This document shows, piece after piece, positions 37,001 to 50,336 of a stretch of 64,000 nt of DNA. The position numbers and the translations under genes are program-made. Positions within the stretch are counted from its first letter, which is position 1. The number at the start of each line of letters is the position of its first letter. Under the pieces are notes generated by a model. The model was not told where the DNA came from, made no database searches, and was given only the letters and a program-made list of their open reading frames with translations. Origin of the DNA: Bugula neritina (Eukaryota > Animalia > Bryozoa); NCBI GenBank assembly GCA_964035545.1, contig OZ037767.1, forward strand, positions 24,754,628 to 24,818,627, given 5' to 3'.

Positions 37001-40000
37001 TCTCAATACGATTGGCTGGTCAATGAAACAGAACTAGCTAAACAAAAGCAAGTTGAAAATGAAAAAGCTGCCGAGAGGTCACAGGGTAAGTGCTTTATAG
37101 AACTCAGTATCTGTTATTATACAACCTGTGTGTCAATATTATACTGTTCAACAGTCAATTAGATTTCCTGCTACTTATCTTCTAGTTTCAGTTATTGCTA
37201 CAAACTATAGTCATATTGGAATGCTTTTATACTATTTAGTTCAAAATGGGTAAGAAAATTCTGACTGCAAGAATTGACAATTTTTTTGTGTATATATTTA
37301 CACGTAAAAAGTAACTGTTGTTTTCTAAAGTACATGTGTTTGTATTCTCACCTGTTTCTGTCATGTACAGGTAGCAAAATGTCAGCATATTATATAGTAA
37401 TGTTGGAATATTGACTGACAATTATATATAAAGTTTATACAATACTTTTCTACCCAAATTATGTACAATAATGGTTTATAAGTTCTAGTTTAAAATAGTA
37501 TATTGTAAGATTAGAGCAGATTGAGTAACTCTGATATAATATAGAATTTTGTATATTTGTATATATGTGATTTTAGATGAAACTGAGAATATGCGAGAAA
37601 AGCTTAAAAGAGTCCTTGGGGATTTAGAAGCTTTAAAATTAGAGAGGTGTGTGTGTTTGTGTTTCAGAAATAAAGGAAGGTACTCTTGCAACTGTTCTTT
37701 TATAATGCCTAATGTAAACAAAAATTTAAAATTGTGCATTGAGTTTTCATCAGCCAGTTGTCTTTCTAGTCTCACCTAAATCATTGAAACGGAACTTTGA
37801 ATGAAGAATTTGATTTGCAAAATAAGTTGGCAGGTAAAGTTGTATGTGCTCTTATAATGTCGAGTTTCTGTGGACTCATAGGCATGAGTTGTCAGCTTGT
37901 TGTTTACGTTAAAAAGAACTTAATTACCTTGTTTGGTGTTATTTAAGCAAAAGTGTGGTCATATGGGTTTCCTATTTTAAGTTATCCAGTTAACATTACT
38001 TTATAGTGTTTTAATATTTCATGGTAAAATTTTAATTTAGGTGTAAAAATTTCTGTAAATTGTGATCAGTAATTGTCTTTGCTGTCAAAGTTACTCTATT
38101 TCATATTATTATGGAGTAATCACTTTTAATAGCGGAATTCAGTTAAATAGTCACTAGTAACTAGTGACAAGTACATTGTATGGTGACTCATTGTTACACC
38201 TGCTGCAACATGTCTACTTGTAGAGAACAAATGATAACAGCTCATCAAAATAGAATTGAAGATCTGAGACAGAGTTTTAAGAGAAAGATGGTGGAGGCCG
38301 ACAAATGGCCTGAGAAGGTTTGTTTATACCCTGACTATTGAATGCTGCGTAGTCTTGACAACTGCTCCCAGTGCGGTTGCAAATTCTCTGTTACTATAAA
38401 TAAAACTATGAGATATGTTTGAGTAAAAACTCTTTGACGAGATTTAATTTTTAGCATAATTTCTTAAACTACTATAATCACAGCCATTATTCAAAGATTA
38501 GATAATAATTAGTGCATTGAACTAGTATTTTAGTTTTATTCATATACTAGCTGTTAGAATTACTGTTAATACAGATAATTATCATACTTAAATTATTCTT
38601 TATGTAGTTTTATTCCTAGGAATCTGACGAAGTATTTTTGAGGGTTGCTTCTTGCAAAAGTTTACTCATAGTTGCAAGGCTTTGCTTATTGACTTGTTGA
38701 ACCATAATACATATATCTACGGCAGAAGAAGTATTTATCTATTGGTAAAATAGTTAAAATATAATGCTGTAGTAAAATCTGTTCTTTCTGGGTAGAGTTA
38801 GAGTTTCAAAACTTTTATTAATAATGTTTGTACCACCTCAATAGATGGAAACAGCTCTACAGAGAGAAAGAAGCAAACATCAAGCAGAACTAACAGCTCT
38901 AGAGAACGGAATGAAAGAGAATTTTGTTATGGAAATGCAAATAGAAAAACAAAAACACCAGCAGTTGCTAGAAAAACTTACAAAAGAATCTAAAGCTGAA
39001 ATGTTACAGGTTACTTTATTATGTTTGTTATATTTATGCAAATGCTGGTGTTATTTATACAGACAGATATGCGTATTATTAATACTCGGGTATGTGGTAC
39101 AGATGTGTTGCTGTATTGTAAAAGTGTTCCGGATTTTTTTACAAAATTGCAAGCTGAACAAATTGATTAGAGAGTTTTCCGGCACAAATATTTTCTTATG
39201 AAAGGAAAGTTTCATAGGCTGTACCTATTTAATGCACACATCTTTTCACCTAGTTTGAATAGTCAACTTTTTAGTGATGAGTAATTGAGAGCTTTTATTA
39301 ATTTCAAAATTTGTCAATAAATATGTTTGGTTTTTAAAACAAACAATTGCCATCAGTTGTTGACCTGATATTTACCACAGTTGAGAGGGGAGTTACGATC
39401 TCATGCTGGAAGTCATGCTGAAATTAATGCACTTAAACAACAACTTCAAACCAGTAAATCTGATGCTGAAGGGACGGAAGCTAGATTAAGATCCGAGATT
39501 GATAATCTCAAAAACATAATAAATGACTTGGAAACTCGGTTAGGTCTGTATTTATTGTAAATTTTCATACATTTTGAGTTCATTATTACCATTCCTTCTA
39601 GTGCATACATGAATATATAATCATTTTCTTTACAGCAACTTAAAATAATTTGAAGACAAAATACTAGCTCTATCAGTAAACCTAAGTTCTAGTCAAGCAA
39701 TAATTAAATAATTTCTAACCAAATTTTTCTGTAATGCAAGTCATAAAGCCTGATTAGCTAATTGGCAATGATTGGGCTTTCACTTTGAATTAAAACAACA
39801 ATTACAATAATATTACTTGGCTAGCGAAAAATTTTTGTACTCAAAATTTTAACATTTTTAAAGTTGTGCTTTCATGTCAAGTCTGGTAGAAGACGACTCT
39901 TTTTTGAAGTGGCACTATTCTATAATCTGTGAAAGTTTACTATTTCAATGACTGTTTAAGATCTTCTCTTTATACATTTAAAATTCAATTTATCTTCAAG

Positions 40001-42425
40001 TTTTTCTGCACGAAGTATCTGTATGCTGTGCATTAGGCAAACTGGACACTGGTGATACCGAGTATATACTGCAACTGAAAAGTCAGCTAAGTGATAAAGA
40101 AAGACATCTAGAAGATTCTGCTGATAAAATTAAAAGTCAGCAAGATGAAATTGAAAAACACAAAGAGCAGGTGATCTATCTTATGATATAATTGTCAGTA
40201 TAATAGATCAGCTTGTTGTAACAACACATGATTTTATAGGTAACCTGTCAGCATGCTTGTGATGCCAAGTACTGCTTACATAGGAGATTTCAACAGTATT
40301 ATAGATTACATGCTTCAAATTAAGGTTAAAGACAATATATATACTCAAAATGTGACACCTTGTTCTCCTATAATCTTTGCATTCATTTATTTTTTCTCTT
40401 TTATATAAATCAAAATTTTTGGAGTATGTGTCAACAGTCTGTTTCATTTTATGTAACAATAATGCCTAAAATAAGTTTCTTTGTTTGATTTACAACATTT
40501 CATTTTAGAATCAAATTGAGCTAAAACAATATAGTTAGCCAACATTATGATCATTGTTAGAGTAAAGAAAGTCATGTAGAACTTTCTGGTGCTTATTTTG
40601 AAAACGTTAGCTAATCTCTAAGTGAGAAATATTTTATTCATTTAAACTAAATTCAGTTTCAACGTAAAATATTTTGAACAGAAACTTGAAACCTCTGTTT
40701 TACCAACCTAAACTAAATGTGTGTTCAAAGATTTTCCTTAAGAAAACATGTCTTATATTTGTTTGTTGCCCACTGTTGCTCCCTGATTATTGTTTTTATT
40801 TGCTTCTTTCACCTGTCCTATTTATGTAGTTGCTTGACTTAATGTATACTTTATCTATACACTGTTCTTTCTTCTAAACATATAAATACTTCTAACATTG
40901 TCTAAAATATTTCTAATAAATGTTTTATATGTGCTTAATATATTTGTATTATTATATCAAAATGAATTATAAATTGCTTTTAATTGACCATTTGGTTTTT
41001 TCAACTTTCCCCTTTTTGGTTATTTTAAACGTTTTATGTTTTTAGTCTAAAAGTTTTATTTTAAAGTTTGAAAGGACAAACATTTTAATCCTGAAAGCAT
41101 TCAATGCTAAATTATTCATTACAGGCATTTTAAAACTCTATATTTGGAGTGGTAGGTAAATTACTATGAAATAGTAAATTATATACTTTTTTTAATGTTC
41201 CTTGAAATTTGTAGCTTCAGATCCTTCAAGACACAGTAAGCAGAGAATGTGAGGAGCGAATGGAGCTCATTGATGCTCTTGGTGAGGCGAGAGAACAACT
41301 CCTACATTTGAAAAAGCCTGAAGGTGTGACTTACGGATGTAGAACTATTATATTTGCTGATTTATTCATAAAGATAGATCTGACTGACAACTTCTATCCA
41401 ATATATATAAATACTCTGTTTACTTGAGCATTCCAAAAACAAGACGAAATTTTCATATTATTTGCGTCTTCTTTTCCTTTGAGCTCTAGACTTATTAGTG
41501 AGAAAAAATCAGAATGTGGAGAGCAATAGTCATTTCAATTTGCATGTTGATTAAACCCCAAATATATTTTCTAACTCATGGAGTATTTAGAGAAAAGTAG
41601 AAGAAAACAGTGATTTATAAAAAATAAACTTTTATTTTAGTTTTTTAGTAAATGAAGGCTAACAATAAAAACATATTGACATAAAATTGCTCAATCATTG
41701 GAAATTTTCTGAATAATATGAGGCCTGTTTGCTATTGTAAAGAATATGCGGCACTAAAAATATTATTTATAAAGACGCAATGTTTTTCAACATAGCATAT
41801 TGTGATAATTGTATTCTTTTCATACATTCCGATATTTAAGTTTTGGTGCATCTTACGTAATTTGTACTTGCTAACTTATAAAATGATATTATATCTATAA
41901 CATGTTGAATCTCTCATATCTGCATGTTTCCTGGTAATATAATTCTATAATTGATGCTTTCTTGTATGATATGAAAGTTAATTCATAGTTTATACTTGGT
42001 TAAGATATTAAATAGCTTGCTCTTCTTTAGTTTGATCTGTAAATTATTGCTTTGTTTCAGGAGGCTACCCAAGTCCAAAGGTAGCGTCTAGTAAGAGTAG
42101 TAAACCTCCACCAGTATTGGACATCTCTCAAGAAAGAACCATCTCCCAGATATCTCCAACTTCTAGTCGCAGGTCTTCGGGTCAAGGTGAACTCATACTC
42201 ACCACTAGAGGGCCAAATCAGGAGTCTTCTCGTAAAACTATGAGCATGTCATCAGCTGGCAGTGGCAGCAGTGGAAGTAGCGAGTTTGCTGCCACTCGAG
42301 TGACTAATAGTAAGAACATTGCCCTAAAACCTGAAGTTCGAAAGGGGAAGCCACTGAATGCCCTCCGACATATGGATAATGATCAGAAAAGGAAAATTGC
42401 TGCTATTTTATCTAGAAATAAATAA
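34010..42425 (+). CDS. LEKR1: Leucine-, glutamate- and lysine-rich protein 1-like coiled-coil protein (~705 aa)
   Basis: N-terminal [29 protein letters not shown] and C-terminal LQDTVSRECEERMELIDAL..AREQLL are recognisable LEKR1 motifs. Phase-consistent exons: 34010-34175, 34571-34667, 34835-34933, 35287-35462, 35888-36073, 36472-36553, 36874-37085, 37577-37646, 38224-38317, 38845-39009, 39381-39543, 40037-40170, 41215-41323, 42061-42425. Candidate AATAAA at 42707. Confidence 0.88.
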
Positions 42426-45400
42426 GTCCTTTTCACATTAACTTATGCTACTGTGTATAATATGTTCATGCAATTCTGATCCTATTTTATGATCTTTACT
42501 TGCAAAAATTCATCTCTGCTGTAATGCCATTAGCAATGTACCATTTTAATTATTTTGTTTAACTTTATATTGCTATTGATAATCAGGACGATTTTATTGC
42601 GTATCTTAGACTGTGTACTTGGTATTGAATAATTTTTAGTATACAGCAACGGTTGGTTTTCATTGAAGTTTTTTTGCTATATTTCCTGATTTTTTGAACA
42701 GGAATGAATAAATGTCAACGCTGTTTTAATTTTGAGCCTAAAGTTTCATTTAAAGCAAGTTTTTTCAAGCTGGTTATAACATTTACTTCATTTTACATTA
42801 TTTGTACAATGTAAAAATCACCATAAAATACTTACTGCTTTTACAGCTAGATCCTGTTCAAAAAACCTCCTACCACCTACTTGACAACCTGGTAAAATGT
42901 TTAAATAGCTGTCCCATGACTGCTTCTGAGAGAATATTTATTAACATAATTAAAATTGTTTTCAGGATATAAATATCAATAGGTTTAGAGTTTAGAGCAT
43001 ATCTCTTCTTAGACATTGTGAACAGAATAATTTCTGTATGCTAATTATTCTACTTGAGAAGTAGACAACTTGTTTTACTTGGTTTTTCAAGCATACTCAG
43101 TTGTTGACCGGTTCAATGAAAGTCATTTGTATACAGTGACAGATGACATCAGCTATAGTCAATGTCAAAATTAACATGCGTTTCCGTAATTTTCAAATTT
43201 ACAATAAAAAGAGCATGTACATACTGTTCTGTAATTAATTAGCTTGAAATAAAATTGGTAGAAGTTGAATAAATTGAGCGACATTGTGTTTTTTGACCGC
43301 ACAATTGTTCAACCTTTTTAAGGCAAAAAAATTACTTGTAAATGGGTGTATGCATAAAAAATAATTGCACCCCTTAGTTTTTATGCATCAAATTATCAAC
43401 AGCTTATTTTATTCAAGCGCTTCACCAAATCTGTTAAATCCTCAGCCAATTATTTGAACTGGGAAGCCAACTTTGCCAACAATGATGTCTGCTAAACAGA
43501 GAACAGGAGATCACTGAAGGCACAAATTCTAACTGATAGTTAATCCTTTTGTCTCTCGTGCAAAGAATTGATTCACCTTTAGTGTTTGACAGTAAATAAA
43601 ATGCAATAATTGGTTTCAGCTTTCAACTGTTGATTCAGCTTGTGGCTAAGACAGGATGGAAAGTTTTACATTCATTTGGTCATGTCTGTTGGTATATCTA
43701 GAAAGAAGTTGGCAGCTACATTAACACTTTTAATAATGGAAAAGTAAATCAAGACTCATCGATTTAACTTTTTAAATAAATGACAGAGATACATTTTGCC
43801 ATTAGTTGCCTTTTAAAGTAAATTTCATAATTGCTTCTCTAAAAGCTCTATTTGGGTACTCGATTAGCATTTTTATTGATTGTTACTTTCATTTGACAAG
43901 CATCATTAACTAATAACATGTGTTTTACATTAGTAAGGAATTTTTAAAAGTTTGCTAATAATTTTCAAGGATGTAGTGCAATAACTTGCATTCAACTAGA
44001 TAACCTTAGAAAAATCGCATAAATTGGAAAAAATGGGCAAAAACTTTGTAGTCTAGTTAAAAATAGCCATATGCCAAATATTTAGCCAGTCTGTTTTCCA
44101 ACAGGATGTTGCATTAGTTAACTATAACAACAAGAGATGTAAAAACTGTGTTTATATTTACCGGTTTTTATAATTTGCATATGGCTACAAATAACTTGAG
44201 ATGAGTTGGAGTGTCTTTTTATTATATACAGCAGCTGAATTGACCTACTGATAATAGAGATGACACAAATAATTCATTTTAAAAAATAAGTGCTTGATGC
44301 ACAAGTATATTACACCTGCACAACCTCATTTTATTACAATAGGATAATTGGATAGTGATTTCTTTAGTATATACTGTAATTATAACTAGGCTATATGCAG
44401 CTTCATTATCAAACATGCTTGCTACTTCATTGTACAGGTTGTACATTATATGTTAGAAATGATGTCCAATAGCTACTGATACATGATTGCACCTTGCCAT
44501 TGATTTTGTTTTTTTTTAATCGATGGGAGAAAAACACCTTTAAAATAAATCCACTGAGCTAGTAAGCAATATTGTTACATCTATACTAATTTTCAATAAC
44601 CTCTAGCAGAAGTTGCAAATAATAATATGGAATTCACTTTTAAACACATGAGTGTGTATGTATTGAATCAATTCTCGTCCAAGAATACTCTATAGTTCAC
44701 TCCGTGCCTATAGCTTTCTCCTAATAGTGAATATTATTGCAATTTTATGACCTATACACTCGCTGGTAGAGTAATCGTGCATGCTATTCTGGGAACCGTA
44801 GAATGAACTGATTTTGTAAATTAATAATCACTTAATAAACAGTTCTATAGTTTCCCATATGACAAGATGCGTTAAGTAAGCTCAGCAATCATTTATTCCT
44901 GTTAATACAAATCCACTCAGTATAAAACTATTTTAGACTAATAGCCTGTGAAGAGCCCTTACATTGACAGGCAATATATCAAAAATCTCTGTAGTTATGT
45001 AATTGACCAAATATTACAAGCTGGGACCCAAGAGTTTTTTTTCAATAGTGATCTTGATATTTACAATAGCTAGCATCTGGGACAGCAGCTGTTTGCCTTT
45101 GTTTATACTGTCAAAGTGAGCTAAAATACTGCTAAAATCCTATTTAAAACAACGTGAATGTAAAATCTTATGTTTGCACTACCAGATTGGAGGTTTTTAT
45201 TGCAGTTTTGTTTTGAAAGGAAGGGCTTATTCAGGTGTTAAGCATGAAATGATTTTACCTCTATAGTGAATTAGTCAATTTTGAGCAAGTGTTTCAGCTT
45301 AAAGCCTTTATGATGTTAGCCCAGATTTTCGCATGTATACCGTATACCTTAATCTGACCAACATTTTAATTCGATTTGAAGGTTTTTCTACAAAGTATTG

Positions 45401-46804
45401 GGTTCAGGCAATTTGCAAAATTATATATTAAAGTTCAAACACATTCCTTTATCACAGCTTTAGTACTAAATTATAAAATGTCCTTTCGAATTTTTTTTAC
45501 ATGCTGTCTTTAGAAAACGATCGTTGGTTTCATTCTTTGGAGGCCTTAAAATATCAAATTCACAATGTATAATTAAAAAATACAAAATAAAATATTTTAT
45601 GGATAAGAATTATTTTAAAAATACTGTATTACCAAAAAATAACCATTTATTTACTTAGTCGTTGCAGCAATAGACATGAAGCTGTTTCCTGCTTTTAGTT
45701 CAATTTTATTGTTAAAATTTCGCTTAAAAGCTTATTGTACACCAAAGTTAAGTTATATTTCATACCCAGGTTGTGTATAATTTATTTATCTAGCAGAAAT
45801 GGCGGAGTAAATATTGGACATGGTAATTTTGCACCATCTAATTTATACTAAGCCTGATTCTTTGCACAACATAGTATCATTTTAACTCTCTTGGATTACG
45901 TGGAAGTTATATTTTTTCAGCCCCATGCAGGCAACCCAAAATCGTGAGAAAACCTGGGAAGCTGTTTGTAGTATTTTTATAGTACAGCAGAGTATTAAAA
46001 TTCTATCCATGGATAACGTTTAACAAATTAAGTATAATGTAACACACTGAGGTGGTAATAAGTTTAAAAGATCAAATTCTCTTTGCTTTATCAACTCTTT
46101 GTGTGTGGACCATGTTTAACTTATATTGTGTGTGGTGTGGTGTTAATGATACAAGGAATCTGATTGGACAATGCAAAAACTCACAAGTCACACATTTTAT
46201 TCCAAAGTAAGGCTAATACAAAAATGTGTTCAAGATATTATAGTATTGTAAACATTACATAGGAGATACTAGTAGTTACTTATGTTGTGTTATTTGCTTA
46301 AATAAAACATACATTCACTTTTAAAGACAAACACCAGGAAACCTTAAAGCCAAAAAATTGCTAAAAAAACAGTTCAGGCTAAGAGTATAAAACATAAGAT
46401 ACTTATAAGCTGCCAATATATTATAAGAAAATTTGTGTGCTAACAATTATTTTATATGGTTTAATTCTAGCACACACTTTTATGGCCAACTTGCATCTGT
46501 GATGTTTGAGTATGCATTGACAGCTCTTGTGTATTCAAGTGGATGTATATATTAGTTAACAACATTTTAACATTCAACAGATCTTGAATTAGGTTTTCAG
46601 AAAATAGATTTTGGAAAAGCATACAAGTTTTTATATATACAGAAAAAACGCCATGTCATTAAAAAGCATGATACAATTATATTGATATCAAGTTTTCAAG
46701 TTCTTGTCTTAAACCTGGAAAGGTTTTTCTCTTGGAAAGTGTACATAAGTTATTTTCTTACAAGCCAGCAATTTTCCCAAAGTGTTTGAAGCTTTGTCAC
46801 AGGG

Positions 46805-46981
46805 AACAGCTGTGGTGTACCGGTAGTGATTAGAGTGCTGATCTGGTAAACACAAAATCAGCGGTGCTGTTAGAAGAGCATCCAGTCATGATTGCTTCTA
46901 TGTTGCAACAGAAAAAGTCCTAAGCTCGGTTTAAAAAACCCTTTTCATCAGGGATTTAGTGACTATAAACATGAGTTTATT
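46805..46981 (+). mobile_element. tRNA-derived SINE, copy 3 (internally deleted)
   Basis: GTAGTGATTAGAGTGCTG...GTAAACAC...GAAGAGCATCCAGTCAT...AAAAGTCCT...CCCTTTTCATCAGGG...AGTGACTATAAAC is shared with copy 1. Confidence 0.75.
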
Positions 46982-49900
46982 TACAGGCCCAGTCATAAGA
47001 ATAGTCGTGTTAAGGAAAGTTTTATACCAAGTTTTTTATTCACAGATTTTTGTTAGTGCTAACAGGTTCAGTTTTAGCGGTATTGATCAATGGTCTAATA
47101 CGTACATCTCAAGCAGTTTAATACAACATAAACAGTATTTGTTTGCACAAGGTTTACAAAACACTAATAGGTTCAGAGTGGGAGCACTGACTCAAAATTT
47201 TTATGTGGACAAAAATTGTCATATGATTGATGCGTTGCAGACTCTCCGATTTTAATCAAATTAATAAAACTATTAAAACTAATATTTAATTAAAACAATG
47301 TTGAAAACAAAAATCAAAATTATACAGAGTTTTAATGGGCTTTTCATTTTCTTTCACTTGTCTCATTCATCATCGTTGTGATATAGTTTAACAAGACTGT
47401 AGTTTATTGAAATATAAAATTGAGTTTTTAAAAAAATCATAATCAGACGTGCTTTAGCTGTTGAATATACAAAGCAATAGTTAAAAGAAATATCTTTATA
47501 ACTGACTATTTTTATAATATATTTTGATTTGTATATTATAAAAAGTGAGTTTATTAGGGTATAAATAGTAATGAATGTGTCCATATCTGGCACTTAGTTC
47601 TTTCCACCATTTATCAAGCAAGCTAATAAAATTATACAAGAATGTGATGGCATAGTTTTAACATGGGGCGTATGGAAGGAGGTGTTCACACATGTGGTTA
47701 AATGATAGCACATATAACATGATAACCATCTAATATTAGATTATGCGTTAGGAGCACATAAATCAGTCTAGTATTAGAGAAAGGTGTATTTACTTTAATG
47801 TTAAAATGACTCAAGATCAGTGGGCACCGCATCAGTATAGCCCCTATCCAATTGTTTACATATTTTCTAATATTTACTCAAAGCCAACAACTTTGAGCTG
47901 ATTTATATTTGGGATAAGAGAGTTGTGTGCGGCCAGGTGCCAATGGTGCGTTCTCTTGTTGCAATCCTTCTACATTTCTCCAATGTTTATATTGTTTATG
48001 TTTTCACCAACTCACACAATGAATTATAAGTCAAGTGGGGCATATCTCGTGGCCATGACGTAATTGAATAGCTTTGCCCACGTTCCTTATTTCTTTGCAC
48101 TAACTTTAACTTGAGTTTTGTTTAAAAAGTGTGCTGCTATAGTAAAGAGTAATTGCACATCCTACACAGGTGAGAAAACTCAAGTTTGAAAAATTACTAA
48201 TTCATTTTATGGTATGGTAGTTTAGTTTAGTGTGGTTTAGTTTTTATTGGTTTTTGTAAAGCACAACACTATGTTTCTTTCCTTGCAAGTGTTTTATTAT
48301 GTCATTATTCTAATAAATATATAAGTTGTTTTATTGTAAGTCTATAAACTATTCTAAATCTAGATTATATGTAGTCTACGTTATATAAAGAATAATCTAT
48401 TAGTACTAATTTTTTTCAGTCAAATCTTTAACTACTTTCAATGTTTTTTATGTTGGTTGTTTATGCAATTAAAAATAGATTAATTACAGAACTACAATAT
48501 GACAAACAGATTTAGCTTGTACTGCTTGAGAGAGGCACCTTTGCATTCCTCTTTCAGCAAATTCTCTACAACTGAAATCACTAGCTCTTGAGTAATATCT
48601 TAATTGTATATTCTGATTCCCCACAAAACTAAAAATATTTTGTAGCCATCGCTCATCAATCAATATTAACATAAATTGCCCAAATAAATTCATATGTCCA
48701 GTTAAATGATACATTAAGTTGTGTTGTTTATTTCAATAGTTCTAAAGCCAGAACATGTACTACTTTTAAATAGTAACAATTAGACATTATTCATTAGTCT
48801 AAAGAACACTCCTCTTGTCTGCTTGATGTACGCCAGGGCTAACTGGCTGGTCATTAGAATAGCTGATTTCTTGCTCGCCGCACGTGGATTATGGTAACTG
48901 ACAACTGCCGCTACTAAAGCCGTCGACGTACATGTGGATGAAGCGAAAGATATGCACTGCCTTGACAAACACTCACATTAAAAGGTAATAAAAACGCTTT
49001 TACAACTAATCAAGTTACATTTTTTTGAATCAGGAAACCATTCATGTATAGCATATTTTATATGAGCAAGTATTATGAGAAGATCTCGTGTTAAATAAAA
49101 AATAGGCTATAGCAAATGTTAATGGAACATAATAAGAAATTTATATAATACTATCTACATTTCCAATTATTTACCTAGCTCACGCATACGCATGTTTTTA
49201 CACAAATGAAAGTACTACAGACATAAAAAAATGAAAAAGAACTAGGGTAGGAACAAACTAGCTAAATTTGCATAAGGACAAAACAATACATGTTGAAAGT
49301 GAACATTATAAAACTATCCTCTGCAATATATATTATGCAACACAATCTAAATATAATAAAGACCGACATGTCTATAGGTTTAAAATAATATAAAATGGTT
49401 GAAACTCATTTTATTTCATGTGATATTGTGATGAATAACTAATAGAGACCACCATACATAATGCTTTACTAAAGATATTACATTGAGAAATCTCCCTGAA
49501 ATGCAAATTGCAAAAGTTTGATTTGGGATCTTCTCCGATCTCATTAAATTACTCATGTTAAAATAAGTAAAATATATTCTGACTAAAATGTTTATTTGTT
49601 TTAAATACAGAAGTGCTTTCTGCTTGTATTCAACTTTGTAAACTGTCAACTGCACCACACTTGATGTATACACGGCTAGAACTAGCCAATAAGCTTGCAG
49701 AACTTAAGAATAAAAACCAACTTGTATTTTAACTGTAAATACTTTCATTTAAAATACATGCGGTTAAAGATTTTATGTTTACTTAGCAATGAGAGACACA
49801 AAATCTTATTCGCTAAAATCGAAATGCTTTTCAGAGCACAAAAAGTTGCGCTGTTGACGTCACATTAATTTTTACTTTTGTACCATCCACGAACCAATAA

Positions 49901-50264
49901 CAGCTCATTGAAGAGATGCTAAGGCATATTTGGCAGAGAAAACATACTTAGTTACAGCTTTTTAGTCTATTGTTTGCCGCTTTGTGTAAATTTGTATCAA
50001 AATTGGAGTCACATGTAAAGCTGACGTCGCACAAATGCGTCAGTGCCGAGCAGGAAAAGCAGTTTTAGAGTGGTGTTGAGCCTAGTAACTCGTACCCTTG
50101 CAGCTATCTACTTTTGCACCCATGTAGTAAGTGTAACAAATACTGCAGCAAATGGGTAGTGATTAGACCGTCACCACTACTGCGACTAGTTAGAATTATA
50201 CAGGATTATAACACCTTCATCAATTATAGAGTAATCCACCGTTTGGTGGTGTAAAGTTACCAAA

Positions 50265-50336
50265 ATGTTGACAGCGGAGTCTCCAATAAGTCTGGAGGCG
50301 TTCCAGCACCAGGTGCAGTTCAGCTGTGAAGGCGAG
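50265..50336 (+). CDS. Candidate distal alternative first coding exon of sim
   Basis: CAAA-ATG, 24 open codons (MLTAESPISLEAFQHQVQFSCEGE), donor GAG|GTATGT, phase 0, in frame with the acceptor TTTGCAG|ATT-ATG at 58198. Confidence 0.5.
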